Of a stretch of DNA of 64,000 nt, positions 1 through 10,649 are shown piece by piece (the stretch's first letter is position 1; each line of letters opens with the position of its first letter). A model generated the notes under the pieces. That model made no database searches, was not told the origin of the DNA, and was given only the letters and a program-made list of their open reading frames with translations. A program made the position numbers and the translations under genes. Source of the stretch: Escherichia phage SUSP2; the sequence record KT454806; one strand, 5' to 3'.

Positions 1-21
1 TTCTATTTGCGGAGGCGCTTA

Positions 22-1623
22 ATGGATTTGAATGCTGTTAAGCAGAAGCGAGTGGAAGATGTAAGGAAAGTCCTAGCTGGAGAGTTGGGGCTTTCTGACG
101 AAGTTAAAGATATTATCAAGTCATTTGGTAAAGACCCCTCTAAATTCCTTCCTACTCAGATTCTGACTTTATTAAGATACACTCCAGACCAAGTAAGACT
201 TATCTTCAAACTTATGACTGATAAGAACTATGTAGCTCCACAACCCGGCTCTCAGGAAGTGTTTCTTAACACAAATGCTGACTTAGTTCTGTATGGTGGT
301 GCGGCTGGTGCTGGTAAGACTGCTGCTTTGCTGATGGATTCACTCAGATTTATCGAAGACCCTAACTACAACGCTGTATACTTCCGTCGAAACACGACAC
401 AGTTACAAGGTGGTTTATGGCCTGCTGCGAAGAAGCTTTTTGGTAAGTTCGGTGGTGTTCCACATGAACAGAAGATGACTATTGTATTCCCTTCTGGGGC
501 TACTATCAAGTTTACCTACTTAGAACTTGAAAAACACGCTGAAGGTCATCAGGGTATTGAATACTCAGCAATTTACTTTGACGAAGGTACACACTTCTCT
601 GCGTCACAGATTTCATACCTGCAAACTCGTTTGCGTTCTGGTGCTGAAGGTGACTCTTACATGAAGATTTCCATGAACCCAGACAGAGACCACTTCATTT
701 ATGATTGGGTAGAACCATTCTTAGACGAAGAAGGTTATCCAGACCCTGAGAAATGTGGTCGTATTCGTTGGTATGTGATGAATGATGGTGTGATGGTATC
801 TGATTGGGATAGAGACAAGATTCTTGAAATGTTCCCTCTGGAGATTCCTCAGACGTATACCTTTATCTCTGGTACGATTGATGATAACCCAATTCTTGAC
901 TTCTTGGAACCGAAGTATCGTGGTAAGCTGGAAAACAACACTCCAGTAAACGTTGCACGTTTGAGATTTGGTAACTGGAAAGCTCGTGCAGAAGGTTCTA
1001 ACTATTGGCAAAGGCAATGGTGTGAGATTGTTGACTCAGTTCCACCTGACGTATTTGACGTTAGAGCATGGGACTTAGCGGCTACTTTACCTTCTGAAGT
1101 TAACCCTAACCCTGACTGGACAGCAGGTGTTAGAATGGCTAAATCTAAAAAAGATGGTTGCTATTATGTCATGAACGTAGTAAGATTTAGAGATAGACCT
1201 TCTGGAGTCGAGACACAAATTAACTTGACTGCTGAAAGCGACGGCAAACGTACTGGTATCTTTATTCCTCAAGACCCAGGCGCTGCTGGTAAATCCTACG
1301 CAACATCTCTTATCAGAAAACTTGCCGAGAAAGGTTATCGTGCAAGAGCCAAACCAACCAATAAAGATAAAGTTACCCGTTTTGCGGGTTTCTCTGCTGC
1401 TTCTGAAGCAGGATTGGTAAAAATCGTTAGAGGTAGCTGGAACGAAGCCTATTTCCAAGAACTGGAAGGTTTTTGTGGAGATGGGAAAACCAAGGATGAC
1501 CAAGTGGATGCCACAAGCGATGCTTTCAACAGTCTCAACGAAGTAAAACTATTCAAGCCACCTTCTATGGGTACTCACACTGATTTAGTGAGAAGCAATC
1601 CTTATGAGGGGCTTAGACGTTAA
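22..1623 (+). CDS. terL: Terminase large subunit
   Basis: ORF with GGAGG RBS about 7 nt upstream of ATG at 22; Walker A-like LYGGAAGAGKT; immediately upstream of portal gene. Confidence 0.8.
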   Translation: MDLNAVKQKRVEDVRKVLAGELGLSDEVKDIIKSFGKDPSKFLPTQILTLLRYTPDQVRLIFKLMTDKNYVAPQPGSQEVFLNTNADLVLYGGAAGAGKTAALLMDSLRFIEDPNYNAVYFRRNTTQLQGGLWPAAKKLFGKFGGVPHEQKMTIVFPSGATIKFTYLELEKHAEGHQGIEYSAIYFDEGTHFSASQISYLQTRLRSGAEGDSYMKISMNPDRDHFIYDWVEPFLDEEGYPDPEKCGRIRWYVMNDGVMVSDWDRDKILEMFPLEIPQTYTFISGTIDDNPILDFLEPKYRGKLENNTPVNVARLRFGNWKARAEGSNYWQRQWCEIVDSVPPDVFDVRAWDLAATLPSEVNPNPDWTAGVRMAKSKKDGCYYVMNVVRFRDRPSGVETQINLTAESDGKRTGIFIPQDPGAAGKSYATSLIRKLAEKGYRARAKPTNKDKVTRFAGFSAASEAGLVKIVRGSWNEAYFQELEGFCGDGKTKDDQVDATSDAFNSLNEVKLFKPPSMGTHTDLVRSNPYEGLRR

Positions 1624-1640
1624 CAATTCAGGTGAGAAGA

Positions 1641-3107
1641 ATGGCAGAAATTACAGAAACACAAGAAAGCCTACCTCCATTCAGAATGGGTGAGGTTGGG
1701 AGCCTTGGTTTAAAGGTTCGTGGTGGAAGAATCTACGAAGAACCTAGACAAGCTTTAAGGTTCCCAGAAAGTATTAAGACTTTCCAACTGATGATGCGTG
1801 ACCCTGCTGTAGCAGCATCTGTAAACATTATTAAGATGTTTGTTAGAAAAGTCAACTGGAGATTTGTTCCTCCGAAGGGAAAAGAACAAGACCCTAAGAT
1901 GATTGAACGAGCAGACTTCTTTAACTCTCTGATGGATGACATGGAGCATGATTGGGCTGACTTTATTAACTCTGTAATGTCATTCTGTACTTACGGATTC
2001 TGCGTGAATGAGAAAGTTTACAAGAAGCGTCAGGGTAATAAAGGGAAATACCCTTCAAGATACAATGATGGTTTAATTGGTTGGGCTAAACTCCCTATCA
2101 GAAACCAGTCAACTCTTGATAAATGGTATTTTGATTCAGACTATCGAAAAGTAACAGGTGTTAGACAGAATCTGAGAAACGTTTCACACATTGCTGGAGC
2201 TATTAATCTGGCTGAACAGCCACTAACAAGAAAGCTTCCAAGAAGTAAATTCTTGCTGTTCAAATATGATGATGAATACGGTAACCCAGAAGGTCGTTCA
2301 CCATTACTCAATGCTTATGTACCTTGGAAATATAAAGTCCAAATTGAAGAGTATGAAGCAGTTGGTGTTTCCAGAGACTTAGTAGGTATGCCGAAGATTG
2401 GTTTGCCACCTGATTATCTGGATGAGAATGCTGAACCTGAAAAGAAAGCTTTCGTAGAATACTGCAAATCTGTAGTTAATGATATGATTGCAAATGACCG
2501 AGCAGGTTTAATCTGGCCTAGATTTATCGACCCAGAAACTAAAGAGGATATCTTTGAGTTCTCATTAGTATCTAGACAGGGTGCAAAGGCTTACGATACC
2601 GGAGCTATTATTGACCGCTATTCTAAGCAGATTATGATGGCATTTATGTCAGACGTTCTTGCAATGGGTCAGTCAAAATATGGTTCATTCTCTTTAGCAG
2701 ATTCTAAGACAAGTTTACTTGCAATGTCTGTAGACATTCTTCTGAAACAAATCAGAAACGTAATTAACCGTGACCTAGTAGCACAGACTTACGCTCTGAA
2801 TATGTGGGATGATGAAGAACACGTTCAAATCGTTTATGACGACATTGAAACTCCAGACCTTGAAGCTATCGGTGCTTATATTCAGAAGACCGTTGCAGTT
2901 GGTGCTATGGAAGTTGATAAGGAACTGTCTAACAAGCTTAGAGAGCACATTGGCTTACCTCCTGCTGATGAGTCTCAACCTGTGTCTGAAGAATTGTCTC
3001 CGAACACGCAAAGTCGTTCAGGTGATGGTTATAAGACTGCCGGAGAGGGAACTGCGAAGACCCCTTCAGCAAAAGACCCAAGTACAGCGAATAAGGCAAA
3101 TAAATAA
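1641..3107 (+). CDS. Portal protein
   Basis: About 490-aa ORF directly after terL, start ATG at 1641 with AGGTGAG RBS; position and size typical of portal. Confidence 0.65.
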   Translation: MAEITETQESLPPFRMGEVGSLGLKVRGGRIYEEPRQALRFPESIKTFQLMMRDPAVAASVNIIKMFVRKVNWRFVPPKGKEQDPKMIERADFFNSLMDDMEHDWADFINSVMSFCTYGFCVNEKVYKKRQGNKGKYPSRYNDGLIGWAKLPIRNQSTLDKWYFDSDYRKVTGVRQNLRNVSHIAGAINLAEQPLTRKLPRSKFLLFKYDDEYGNPEGRSPLLNAYVPWKYKVQIEEYEAVGVSRDLVGMPKIGLPPDYLDENAEPEKKAFVEYCKSVVNDMIANDRAGLIWPRFIDPETKEDIFEFSLVSRQGAKAYDTGAIIDRYSKQIMMAFMSDVLAMGQSKYGSFSLADSKTSLLAMSVDILLKQIRNVINRDLVAQTYALNMWDDEEHVQIVYDDIETPDLEAIGAYIQKTVAVGAMEVDKELSNKLREHIGLPPADESQPVSEELSPNTQSRSGDGYKTAGEGTAKTPSAKDPSTANKANK

Positions 3108-3607
3108 TGGCTGAAGTTATCTCTATTTCAAATGCTACACGAGTGCATTCGTATAGAGGTGTTCTGGTTATTACTGATACGTTATCTGTAGAGGCTGGCT
3201 CAAGGGTCAGCCTTTCAGGTTATGTAAGTGATGGTGGAACCTCTAACGTTTTCACTATTTGCAGGTTACTTGATGCTCCAATGAACGGAAATTCGTTTAT
3301 TTCAAACAATTGTAGCGAAATTGTTAAAATTCCATTTGACAGTTCATGCCTTTTGGGTGTAAAGTTATATAACTGTGAGAATAAACGTATAAACGTTAAT
3401 AGCGTTGAAGCTGCGTTCATTACCATTGACACAGCATTTCAATCCCCAATGACAGTAAATAAAGAGTCTAACAGACTTGAGTACATTTTTTCACAAAATG
3501 ATTACAAAGTACTTGTCAAAGGTAAAGTATATGATATGATTGTAAATGTGGTGGATGAATCTGGTAACCATTCAACAGTCCTTAAACAGAAAGTAAGGTT
3601 CAATTAA
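3107..3607 (+). CDS. Hypothetical protein, Cys-rich
   Basis: ORF start overlaps portal stop (ATGG); no recognisable motif. Confidence 0.4.
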   Translation: MAEVISISNATRVHSYRGVLVITDTLSVEAGSRVSLSGYVSDGGTSNVFTICRLLDAPMNGNSFISNNCSEIVKIPFDSSCLLGVKLYNCENKRINVNSVEAAFITIDTAFQSPMTVNKESNRLEYIFSQNDYKVLVKGKVYDMIVNVVDESGNHSTVLKQKVRFN

Positions 3608-3939
3608 TGGGAACATTAACTATTGATGGTAAGAATAAAATCCTCGCCACGCTAACCCCAACGACTATTGTTTTACACAATGTAGACCCAACGGCAGACC
3701 CTACAGCAAATAAGGTTACTCAGCCAGTGGCTATTTATTTCTCTGAACCGAATAACGGCTTAATTGCCTCAGAAGATACAGTTAACATTACTGTACCAGC
3801 TTCTGCAACGGTCTCACACTATAGCCTATGGGATGCCAACGATAAATGCGTGGCAACAGGTGCTCTTAGCAGCCCTCAATTCTTTGCTGAAGAAGGTATC
3901 TATGTTATCGCTTCAGTATCGGTGGATTTAAACAAATAG
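3607..3939 (+). CDS. Hypothetical protein
   Basis: ORF start overlaps upstream stop (TTAATGG); no recognisable motif. Confidence 0.4.
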   Translation: MGTLTIDGKNKILATLTPTTIVLHNVDPTADPTANKVTQPVAIYFSEPNNGLIASEDTVNITVPASATVSHYSLWDANDKCVATGALSSPQFFAEEGIYVIASVSVDLNK

Positions 3940-3940
3940 G

Positions 3941-5296
3941 GTGAGTAAAATGAGTTCGAATATCTTCAGACTTGCTGATAGATTATTCAACCAACCTTTA
4001 CTAGCCACTGAATCTCTAGCTCACTCAGCAGCGACTTATGTAAATAATCGCTTGTTAGGTGAAGTTCAAGCAGCAGTCAATTTCGACAAACCTAAAGGTG
4101 AGGCAAGAAGTCTTTTAAAAGTTAAAGACGACATTGCTATTATCCCTATTATGGGTGGCCTAACACATCGTATGACCTTTATGGATGCAATGTGTACTGG
4201 TGGTCTGAGTTCTTATGAAGGTTTACGCAGAGGCTTTGATGAAGCTTTAGCAGATGAATCTATTAAGACAATTGTACTGCATGTTGATTCTGGTGGTGGT
4301 GAAGCTTCAGGTTGTTTTGAATTAGCACGTCACATCGTAGCCTCCAGAGGCAAAAAGAAAATTGTAGCATATGTTGATGAGTTCGCATGTTCCGCTGCGT
4401 ATGCACTTGCATGTTCTGCTGATGAAGTAATTGCATCACCAGATGCAGATGTTGGTTCAATCGGTGTAATTATGGTTCACCAAGAATTAACTAAAGCATT
4501 TGAAAAGAATGGCGTTACGATTAACGTTATTAAAGCTGGTGAATTTAAAGGTTTGGGTTCTCCATTCCAAGCACTCTCAGAAGAAAGCAAAACAAGACTT
4601 CAGCAGAGAATTAATGACACCTATAACACCTTCACAGGTTTTGTAGCTGATGCACGTAATATCTCTGAAGAAGCTGTAAAGAATACTGAGGCGAATGTTT
4701 ATTCTGCTCAGGAAGCTCTTGAACTTGGTTTAATTAATTCAATCATGTCTCAAGATGATTTCTTAAATTACTTACAAGGTTCTGATGAAGCTCCTGTAAG
4801 TTTAAACGTTAACAATTCAGGTGAAGAAATGACTGAACAAGAAAAGCAAGAACTAGAGGCTCTACGCGCTCAGGTTGCTCAGATGAAAGCAAAAGAACAG
4901 GAAAAAACTATGTCTGAACTGACTGGTAAGATTTCTGCTTCTGCTGAAGCTTTCGGATTTGACGCAACAGAAGCTGCTCAGGCTATCTTAGGCGCTGGTC
5001 TTGACAACCCTCTGAGTGTTCTCTTTATGAATGCTATGGAAGGTGCTAACCAGAAACTAAATGAAACTATCGCGTCTCATGCTTCTGCAATGTCAGAGAA
5101 AGACACAGAAATCACTAAGCTGAAAGAAACTGCTGGTGCTGTTCTGGAACACTCTAACGCAATGGAAGAAATGGGTAATGACGGTGAAGCAGAACTGGTT
5201 GATGAAGAAAAACCTTCTGAAAACGCATCTGATGACACCGCAGAACAACGCAAACTGGCTCTCCAGAATGCTTTGCAATCTCTTCTTAATAAATAA
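3941..5296 (+). CDS. Prohead protease / scaffold fusion (S49 SppA-like peptidase domain)
   Basis: N-terminal half has S49/ClpP-like motifs (IPIMGGL, VLHVDSGGGEASG, ACSAAYALACSADEV); C-terminal half is acidic, Glu/Ala-rich coiled-coil-like; sits between portal and capsid genes. Confidence 0.7.
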   Translation: MSKMSSNIFRLADRLFNQPLLATESLAHSAATYVNNRLLGEVQAAVNFDKPKGEARSLLKVKDDIAIIPIMGGLTHRMTFMDAMCTGGLSSYEGLRRGFDEALADESIKTIVLHVDSGGGEASGCFELARHIVASRGKKKIVAYVDEFACSAAYALACSADEVIASPDADVGSIGVIMVHQELTKAFEKNGVTINVIKAGEFKGLGSPFQALSEESKTRLQQRINDTYNTFTGFVADARNISEEAVKNTEANVYSAQEALELGLINSIMSQDDFLNYLQGSDEAPVSLNVNNSGEEMTEQEKQELEALRAQVAQMKAKEQEKTMSELTGKISASAEAFGFDATEAAQAILGAGLDNPLSVLFMNAMEGANQKLNETIASHASAMSEKDTEITKLKETAGAVLEHSNAMEEMGNDGEAELVDEEKPSENASDDTAEQRKLALQNALQSLLNK

Positions 5297-5308
5297 GGAA
5301 CACAAATA

Positions 5309-5686
5309 ATGGCATATGAAGGTTTTACTCACTTAGGTAACAGAGAACCACTGAATGATATCATTCTTTGGGAACAGATTACACCAACAGGTCACTCTCG
5401 TAAAGAGTACGCTCCAGTCGCTGCTACAGAATACCGTGTAGGTGAAGTTCTGAAAGCCGATGGAACCAAAGTTGCAACTGGTGAAGAAGCTCAGGCTGAT
5501 TCTGTTTGCATCGTTAACTTCTACGCAGACCTGCAACTGTCTTACCACGGTCAGTTGAAAGTTGTTGGTATCTACCGTGATGCTGAACTGAAAGACCTCT
5601 TAACTCTGGCTGAAGATGTTGATGCCGACGCAGTTAAGGCGGCTCTGAAAGCAAAAGGCATTGATTTCGTACCAACTGGCCTGTAA
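5309..5686 (+). CDS. Putative head decoration protein
   Basis: 125-aa ORF between protease/scaffold and major capsid gene (lambda D-E-like order); assignment by position only. Confidence 0.35.
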   Translation: MAYEGFTHLGNREPLNDIILWEQITPTGHSRKEYAPVAATEYRVGEVLKADGTKVATGEEAQADSVCIVNFYADLQLSYHGQLKVVGIYRDAELKDLLTLAEDVDADAVKAALKAKGIDFVPTGL

Positions 5687-5716
5687 TAACAATAAGACAT
5701 TCTGGAGAATTTTATA

Positions 5717-6826
5717 ATGGCATTAACTAATTCTGAAAAAAGCAGATTTTTCCTTGCTGACCTGACTGGTGAAGTCCAGTCTATCCCAAATACTTACGGT
5801 TATATTTCCGGTTTGGGTCTTTTCCGTTCTGCCCCAATTACTCAGACCACTTTCCTGATGGATTTAACTGAGTCTGACATTAGCTTACTGGATGCAGTAG
5901 ACCGTACCAGCCGTAAAGCTGAGACGAGTGCTCCAGAGAGAGTTAAGCAGATTAGCTTCCCAATGATGTACTTCAAGGAAGTGGAAAGCATTACTCCTGA
6001 TGAAATTCAGGGTGTACGTCAGCCGGGTACTGCAAACGAACTGACTACTGAAGCTATTGTTCGTGCTCGTAAGCTGATGAAGATTCGTACCAAGTTCGAT
6101 ATTACTCGTGAGTTCTTGTTCATGCAAGCTCTGAAGGGTAAAGTAATCGACGCTAACGGTGTTCTGTACGCTGACCTGTTCAAGCAGTTCGACGTTGAGA
6201 AGAAGACTGTTTACTTCGACCTTGACAATCCAAACGCTGATATCGACGCTGCTATCGAAGAACTTCGTATGCACATGGAAGATGAAGCTAAAGTTGGTAC
6301 TGTAATCAACGGTGAAGAAATTCACATTGTTGTTGACCGTCTGTTCTTCAGCAAGCTTATCAAGCATCCGAAGATTCGTGACGCATACCTTGCACAGCAG
6401 ACTCCGCTGGCTTGGCAGCAGATTACTGGCTCTCTGAGAACTGGTGGTACTGATGGCGTTCAGGCGCACATGAACACATTCTACTACGGTGGTGTGAAGT
6501 TCGTTCAGTACAACGGTAAGTTCCAAGATAAGCGTGGTAAGACTCACGTTCTGGTAAGCATCGACGGCGTAGCAAACACTGTAGGTGTTGGTCATGCGTT
6601 CCCTAACGTTTCTATGTTGGGTGAAGCTAACAACATCTTCGAAGTTGCATATGGTCCATGTCCTAAGATGGGTTACGCAAATACTCTTGGTCAGGAACTG
6701 TACGTATTCGAATACGAAAAAGACCGTGACGAAGGTATTGACTTCGAAGCTCACTCTTACATGCTGCCATACTGCACACGTCCTCAGTTGCTGGTAGACG
6801 TTCGTTCTGACGCTAAACCAGACTAA
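5717..6826 (+). CDS. Major capsid protein
   Basis: 369-aa ORF with strong codon bias downstream of protease/decoration genes; GGAG-type RBS; lambda gpE-like size and position. Confidence 0.7.
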   Translation: MALTNSEKSRFFLADLTGEVQSIPNTYGYISGLGLFRSAPITQTTFLMDLTESDISLLDAVDRTSRKAETSAPERVKQISFPMMYFKEVESITPDEIQGVRQPGTANELTTEAIVRARKLMKIRTKFDITREFLFMQALKGKVIDANGVLYADLFKQFDVEKKTVYFDLDNPNADIDAAIEELRMHMEDEAKVGTVINGEEIHIVVDRLFFSKLIKHPKIRDAYLAQQTPLAWQQITGSLRTGGTDGVQAHMNTFYYGGVKFVQYNGKFQDKRGKTHVLVSIDGVANTVGVGHAFPNVSMLGEANNIFEVAYGPCPKMGYANTLGQELYVFEYEKDRDEGIDFEAHSYMLPYCTRPQLLVDVRSDAKPD

Positions 6827-6847
6827 TACTTGAAAGGAGGGTTATAA

Positions 6848-7300
6848 ATGTGTTATACAGGCGACCCAGCCAATAACCCTCTTGATAGAGTAAGAATCCT
6901 CTGCACCGACACCAATAACGATGAACTTCTTATTGAACAGTCGGTGCTAGAGTGGTTCTATGTGGAATCTGGTAAAGACGAAAAGAAAGCAGCCATCAAA
7001 GCTCTTAAATATTTACTCTTTCAAGTAGCCAAGATGGGAGATGAGAAAGTTGGTGGTGTTTACTTACGTAACTCTTCCAGATTCAAGTCTCTAAAAGCTG
7101 TCTACGACGACCTGATTAAAAGTTCAGTGTCTGGTCTACCTTATGCGGGTGGGATTAGTCAGTGTGATATTGATATCAGGCGTCAACAGAATCCTTGCTC
7201 TGTCAAGAAATATACTGAATATGGCGATGCTGCTAGATATCATGGTAGAGACTTCTGCCCTAATGTCAATGGCGTATTTATTATCGAGCGAGATGAATAA
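6848..7300 (+). CDS. Hypothetical head-tail connector / head completion protein
   Basis: ORF with GAAAGGAGG RBS directly after capsid gene; position-based. Confidence 0.4.
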   Translation: MCYTGDPANNPLDRVRILCTDTNNDELLIEQSVLEWFYVESGKDEKKAAIKALKYLLFQVAKMGDEKVGGVYLRNSSRFKSLKAVYDDLIKSSVSGLPYAGGISQCDIDIRRQQNPCSVKKYTEYGDAARYHGRDFCPNVNGVFIIERDE

Positions 7301-7782
7301 TGGTTAAAAGGGTTATTCACCCCGCGAGAGCTAAATTAGTCGGGGCTATGAAGAACTTGCATACGGCTAATGCTCAAGTTGGGTATTTTCAAGAACAAGG
7401 TCAACATAGCTCTGGTTTTTCTTATCCTGCTTTAATGTACTTACACGAAGTTATTGGGGTTCCCTCAGCTTCTGGTAAAGTATATCGTAGGTTGTTTGAA
7501 ATCACTATGATGCTAAACAGACAGACCTTGTTAGAGCAGACTAAGAAGAATCTCTATAAGCAACTTAACAGTCTTAACGTAGACCCTACAAATACTTTGG
7601 AAGCCTTTGCAAAGAGTGCTCAGAAGTCAATTAAAAGAGGTTTCGGTAATACTGCTATCCTTCCTCCTAACGCACCTTCCACAGTCAAGAAAAAAGGTTT
7701 TAACGCACCTCTTGTTGAGACGGGTGATTTAAGAGACCAACTTGCTTATAAAATTTCTACTAAAAAGGGTATTAAGAAATGA
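7300..7782 (+). CDS. Hypothetical neck / head-tail joining protein
   Basis: Translationally coupled ORF (start overlaps upstream stop). Confidence 0.4.
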   Translation: MVKRVIHPARAKLVGAMKNLHTANAQVGYFQEQGQHSSGFSYPALMYLHEVIGVPSASGKVYRRLFEITMMLNRQTLLEQTKKNLYKQLNSLNVDPTNTLEAFAKSAQKSIKRGFGNTAILPPNAPSTVKKKGFNAPLVETGDLRDQLAYKISTKKGIKK

Positions 7783-8180
7783 GACTCTTAAACAGACACC
7801 GCTTTGTAGTTAAGCGTAAAGTATCTGAGGATGGTTATTACAATAACGATGGTGATTGGGTAGCTTCAGAAGATATTGTAGAGATTAACTGCAAAGGTAA
7901 TATCCAGCCATATATTAAGGGTTCTGTGAAGAATGGTACACAGATTGTTTTACCTGAAGGTATTCGACTGACTGATACCAGAATCCTTTATACTGTAGCT
8001 AAGTTGAGAACATCTGATGATGTTGATTGGACTGAATCTGATATTGTGATGATTGATGGTCACGAGTATGAAGTATTTATGACAATGGATTGGTCAAATC
8101 AATTAGCTTACACATCCCATTATGAATATATCATTATTAGAAGGGATAAAATGAATGCAGTTAGAAACAGCAGAACTTGA
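7779..8180 (+). CDS. Hypothetical neck / tail completion protein
   Basis: Translationally coupled ORF in structural block. Confidence 0.4.
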   Translation: MRLLNRHRFVVKRKVSEDGYYNNDGDWVASEDIVEINCKGNIQPYIKGSVKNGTQIVLPEGIRLTDTRILYTVAKLRTSDDVDWTESDIVMIDGHEYEVFMTMDWSNQLAYTSHYEYIIIRRDKMNAVRNSRT

Positions 8181-8754
8181 GAAAGGGATTGTTAGAACTT
8201 TGGTAGATGTTATTGGTCACCGATTAGCTCGTGATAAGAATAACAGACCAAACGTTATTAGGGCTTATCCCTCTGACAACTCTAACGATAAAGGTTTAAA
8301 ACCTGACCAGCCATTCATTACAGTATACTGCCAAGATGCTACAACACCTTATGGTTGGGTACTTGATAAATTCGTGGAAGATGACGTAGTTTGTTATCGA
8401 ATTGCTTTTCAGATTCCCGTACTAATTACTGTAAATGGTAAAGGTGCTCACAGTATTATGCTGGAGCTAAAACAAAGGTTAGAGATGAGTTCCACAAGGG
8501 ATTTATTGCTTGAACAAACAGGTGCTACGGTACTTGATACTGGAGCTATCCCGAATGATTACACTTATCTTAACACAGATTTCGAAAATTCTGCACCTCT
8601 TGTTGTAACCCTTGTAATGAACTCAGTCTTGAAAGATGAACGTGGCGGTATTATTGAGCGCGTTATCGTTGATGGTGAGTTGGTTTATGAGGAAGGACAG
8701 GAGCCACCAGAATATACTATCCATCTAGATGTAGACTCCAAAGGGGTAAAATAA
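8155..8754 (+). CDS. Hypothetical tail completion protein
   Basis: ORF overlapping upstream gene end, in structural block. Confidence 0.4.
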   Translation: MQLETAELEKGIVRTLVDVIGHRLARDKNNRPNVIRAYPSDNSNDKGLKPDQPFITVYCQDATTPYGWVLDKFVEDDVVCYRIAFQIPVLITVNGKGAHSIMLELKQRLEMSSTRDLLLEQTGATVLDTGAIPNDYTYLNTDFENSAPLVVTLVMNSVLKDERGGIIERVIVDGELVYEEGQEPPEYTIHLDVDSKGVK

Positions 8755-10107
8755 ATGTGGAATCCAATTGTTAATGTAGATATTACATTGAACACCGCAG
8801 GAACTACAAGAGAAGGTTTTGGTCTACCATTATTCTTAGCGTCAACAGACAACTTTGAAGAAAGGGTTCGTGGCTATACTTCTCTGACTGAAGTTGCTGA
8901 AGATTTCGATGAAAGCACTGCTGCATATAAAGCAGCAAAACAGCTATGGAGCCAAACTCCAAAGGTTACTCAGTTGTATATTGGTAGACGTGCTATGCAG
9001 TATACAGTCTCAATCCCAGATGAAGTAACTGAAAGCACAGATTACTCTCTGACGATTGCTGTAGGTGGTGGGGTTTCTCAGCCATACCAATACACTGCTC
9101 AAGCTGATGACACTGCTCTGATTGTCCTGACGCAGTTTAAAGACCAGATTGAAGCTGACCCAACAATCAAAGATGATGTTACTATCAACGTAACAGGTAC
9201 TGGTAGCTCTGCAACCATGATTGTTACAAAAGCTGGTGACAATGACTTCGTAAAAGTTACATCAACAACAAGTTCTGTGTCAATCGCTGGTACAACTGCT
9301 GATACTGCTGCAAGTGCTCTGGCTGCAATTGAAACGTACTCAACTGACTGGTACTTCATTTCTGCTGAAGACAGAACTGCACAGTTCGTCTTGGCAATGG
9401 CTTCAGAGATTCAGGCTCGTAAGAAGATTTTCTTCACAGCTAACTCTGATGTGGCTGCACTGCAAGGAACCGAACTGGCATCAGCTTCTGATGTTCCTGC
9501 ACAGCTTGCTAAGAGCATGTACACTCGTACAGTTTGCTTGTGGCATCACTCTGCCAGCTATGACTACCCAGAAATGGCTTACATTGCTTACGGTGCTCCG
9601 TATGATGCAGGTTCAATTGCTTGGGGTAACGCTCAGTTGACTGGTGTTGAAGCATCTCTTCAGCCAGCTAATCAGAGACCTCTGACAAGCATTCAGAAAT
9701 CCGCTTTGGATGTACGTCACTGCAACTTCATCGACCTTGATGGCGGTGTTCCAGTTGTACGTAGAGGTATCACTTCTGGTGGTGAATGGATTGATATCAT
9801 CCGTGGTGTTGACTGGTTAGAATCTGACTTGAAAACTTCTCTGAGAGACTTGCTAATTAATCAGAAGGGTGGTAAGATTACTTATGATGATACTGGTATT
9901 ACCCGTATTCGTCAGGTCATTGAAACCTCTCTGCAAAGAGCAGTTAACAGAAACTTCCTGTCATCTTACACAGTTAATGTTCCTAAAGCCTCTCAAGTTG
10001 CTTTGGCAGACAAGAAAGCTCGTATCCTGAAAGACGTTACCTTCGCAGGTATCTTAGCAGGTGCTATCTTGGATGTTGACTTGAAAGGTACAGTGGCTTA
10101 CGAATAA
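8755..10107 (+). CDS. Tail sheath protein (contractile tail)
   Basis: 450-aa ORF immediately upstream of a 148-aa tube-like ORF and the chaperone/tape-measure genes; position and size typical of myophage sheath. Confidence 0.55.
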   Translation: MWNPIVNVDITLNTAGTTREGFGLPLFLASTDNFEERVRGYTSLTEVAEDFDESTAAYKAAKQLWSQTPKVTQLYIGRRAMQYTVSIPDEVTESTDYSLTIAVGGGVSQPYQYTAQADDTALIVLTQFKDQIEADPTIKDDVTINVTGTGSSATMIVTKAGDNDFVKVTSTTSSVSIAGTTADTAASALAAIETYSTDWYFISAEDRTAQFVLAMASEIQARKKIFFTANSDVAALQGTELASASDVPAQLAKSMYTRTVCLWHHSASYDYPEMAYIAYGAPYDAGSIAWGNAQLTGVEASLQPANQRPLTSIQKSALDVRHCNFIDLDGGVPVVRRGITSGGEWIDIIRGVDWLESDLKTSLRDLLINQKGGKITYDDTGITRIRQVIETSLQRAVNRNFLSSYTVNVPKASQVALADKKARILKDVTFAGILAGAILDVDLKGTVAYE

Positions 10108-10122
10108 TAGAGGTAAATTGGA

Positions 10123-10569
10123 ATGGCTATGTATCAGCAATATTCCCCTAAAGACGTTGTATGTAGCTGGAATGGTATTGCCATCGAAGGCTTTGCTCCA
10201 GATTCATTCTTACGTCTACAGAGAACTTCTCCACTTGTTACACCAGTTGTTGGTGCAGGTGGTCAGGTAGCTCTGACAAGAAACGCAGACAAGACAGGTA
10301 CTATTGAGATTGAGCTAATGCAGACTTCACTCTCTAACCAAATGCTTTCTGCGATTCAAGCTAAACAAGATGACATGGAACTTGAAGAAGATATCTCTTC
10401 TAACTTCGTAATCTACGACCCATCTGGTTCTGTTCTGGCAACTGGTATCAACGCATGGTTGCAGGAACTGCCACAGATTGAACTTGGTCGTGACCAGAAC
10501 TCTAAAACTTGGATTTTTGGTTGTGAGAAGCTAGACTACACTTCTACGATTCCTGCGTCAAGTGTTTAA
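10123..10569 (+). CDS. Tail tube protein
   Basis: 148-aa ORF after sheath, followed by a strong terminator; position-based. Confidence 0.55.
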   Translation: MAMYQQYSPKDVVCSWNGIAIEGFAPDSFLRLQRTSPLVTPVVGAGGQVALTRNADKTGTIEIELMQTSLSNQMLSAIQAKQDDMELEEDISSNFVIYDPSGSVLATGINAWLQELPQIELGRDQNSKTWIFGCEKLDYTSTIPASSV

Positions 10570-10583
10570 GAACATCCTAATAA

Positions 10584-10616
10584 GGGGGAGACTGTAAAAG
10601 GTCTTCCCTTTTTTCG
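10584..10616 (+). terminator. Rho-independent terminator after sheath/tube genes
   Basis: GGGAGAC...GTCTTCCC stem (one bulge) followed by TTTTTT. Confidence 0.6.
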
Positions 10617-10649
10617 TTTATAGAGCCTAAGAAAATTTAAGGAATCACA

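Noticed and set aside
5885-6754. 289-aa ORF on the - strand inside the major capsid gene
   Set aside because: Fully antisense to a strongly codon-biased structural gene, no RBS, low-complexity translation; typical spurious antisense ORF.
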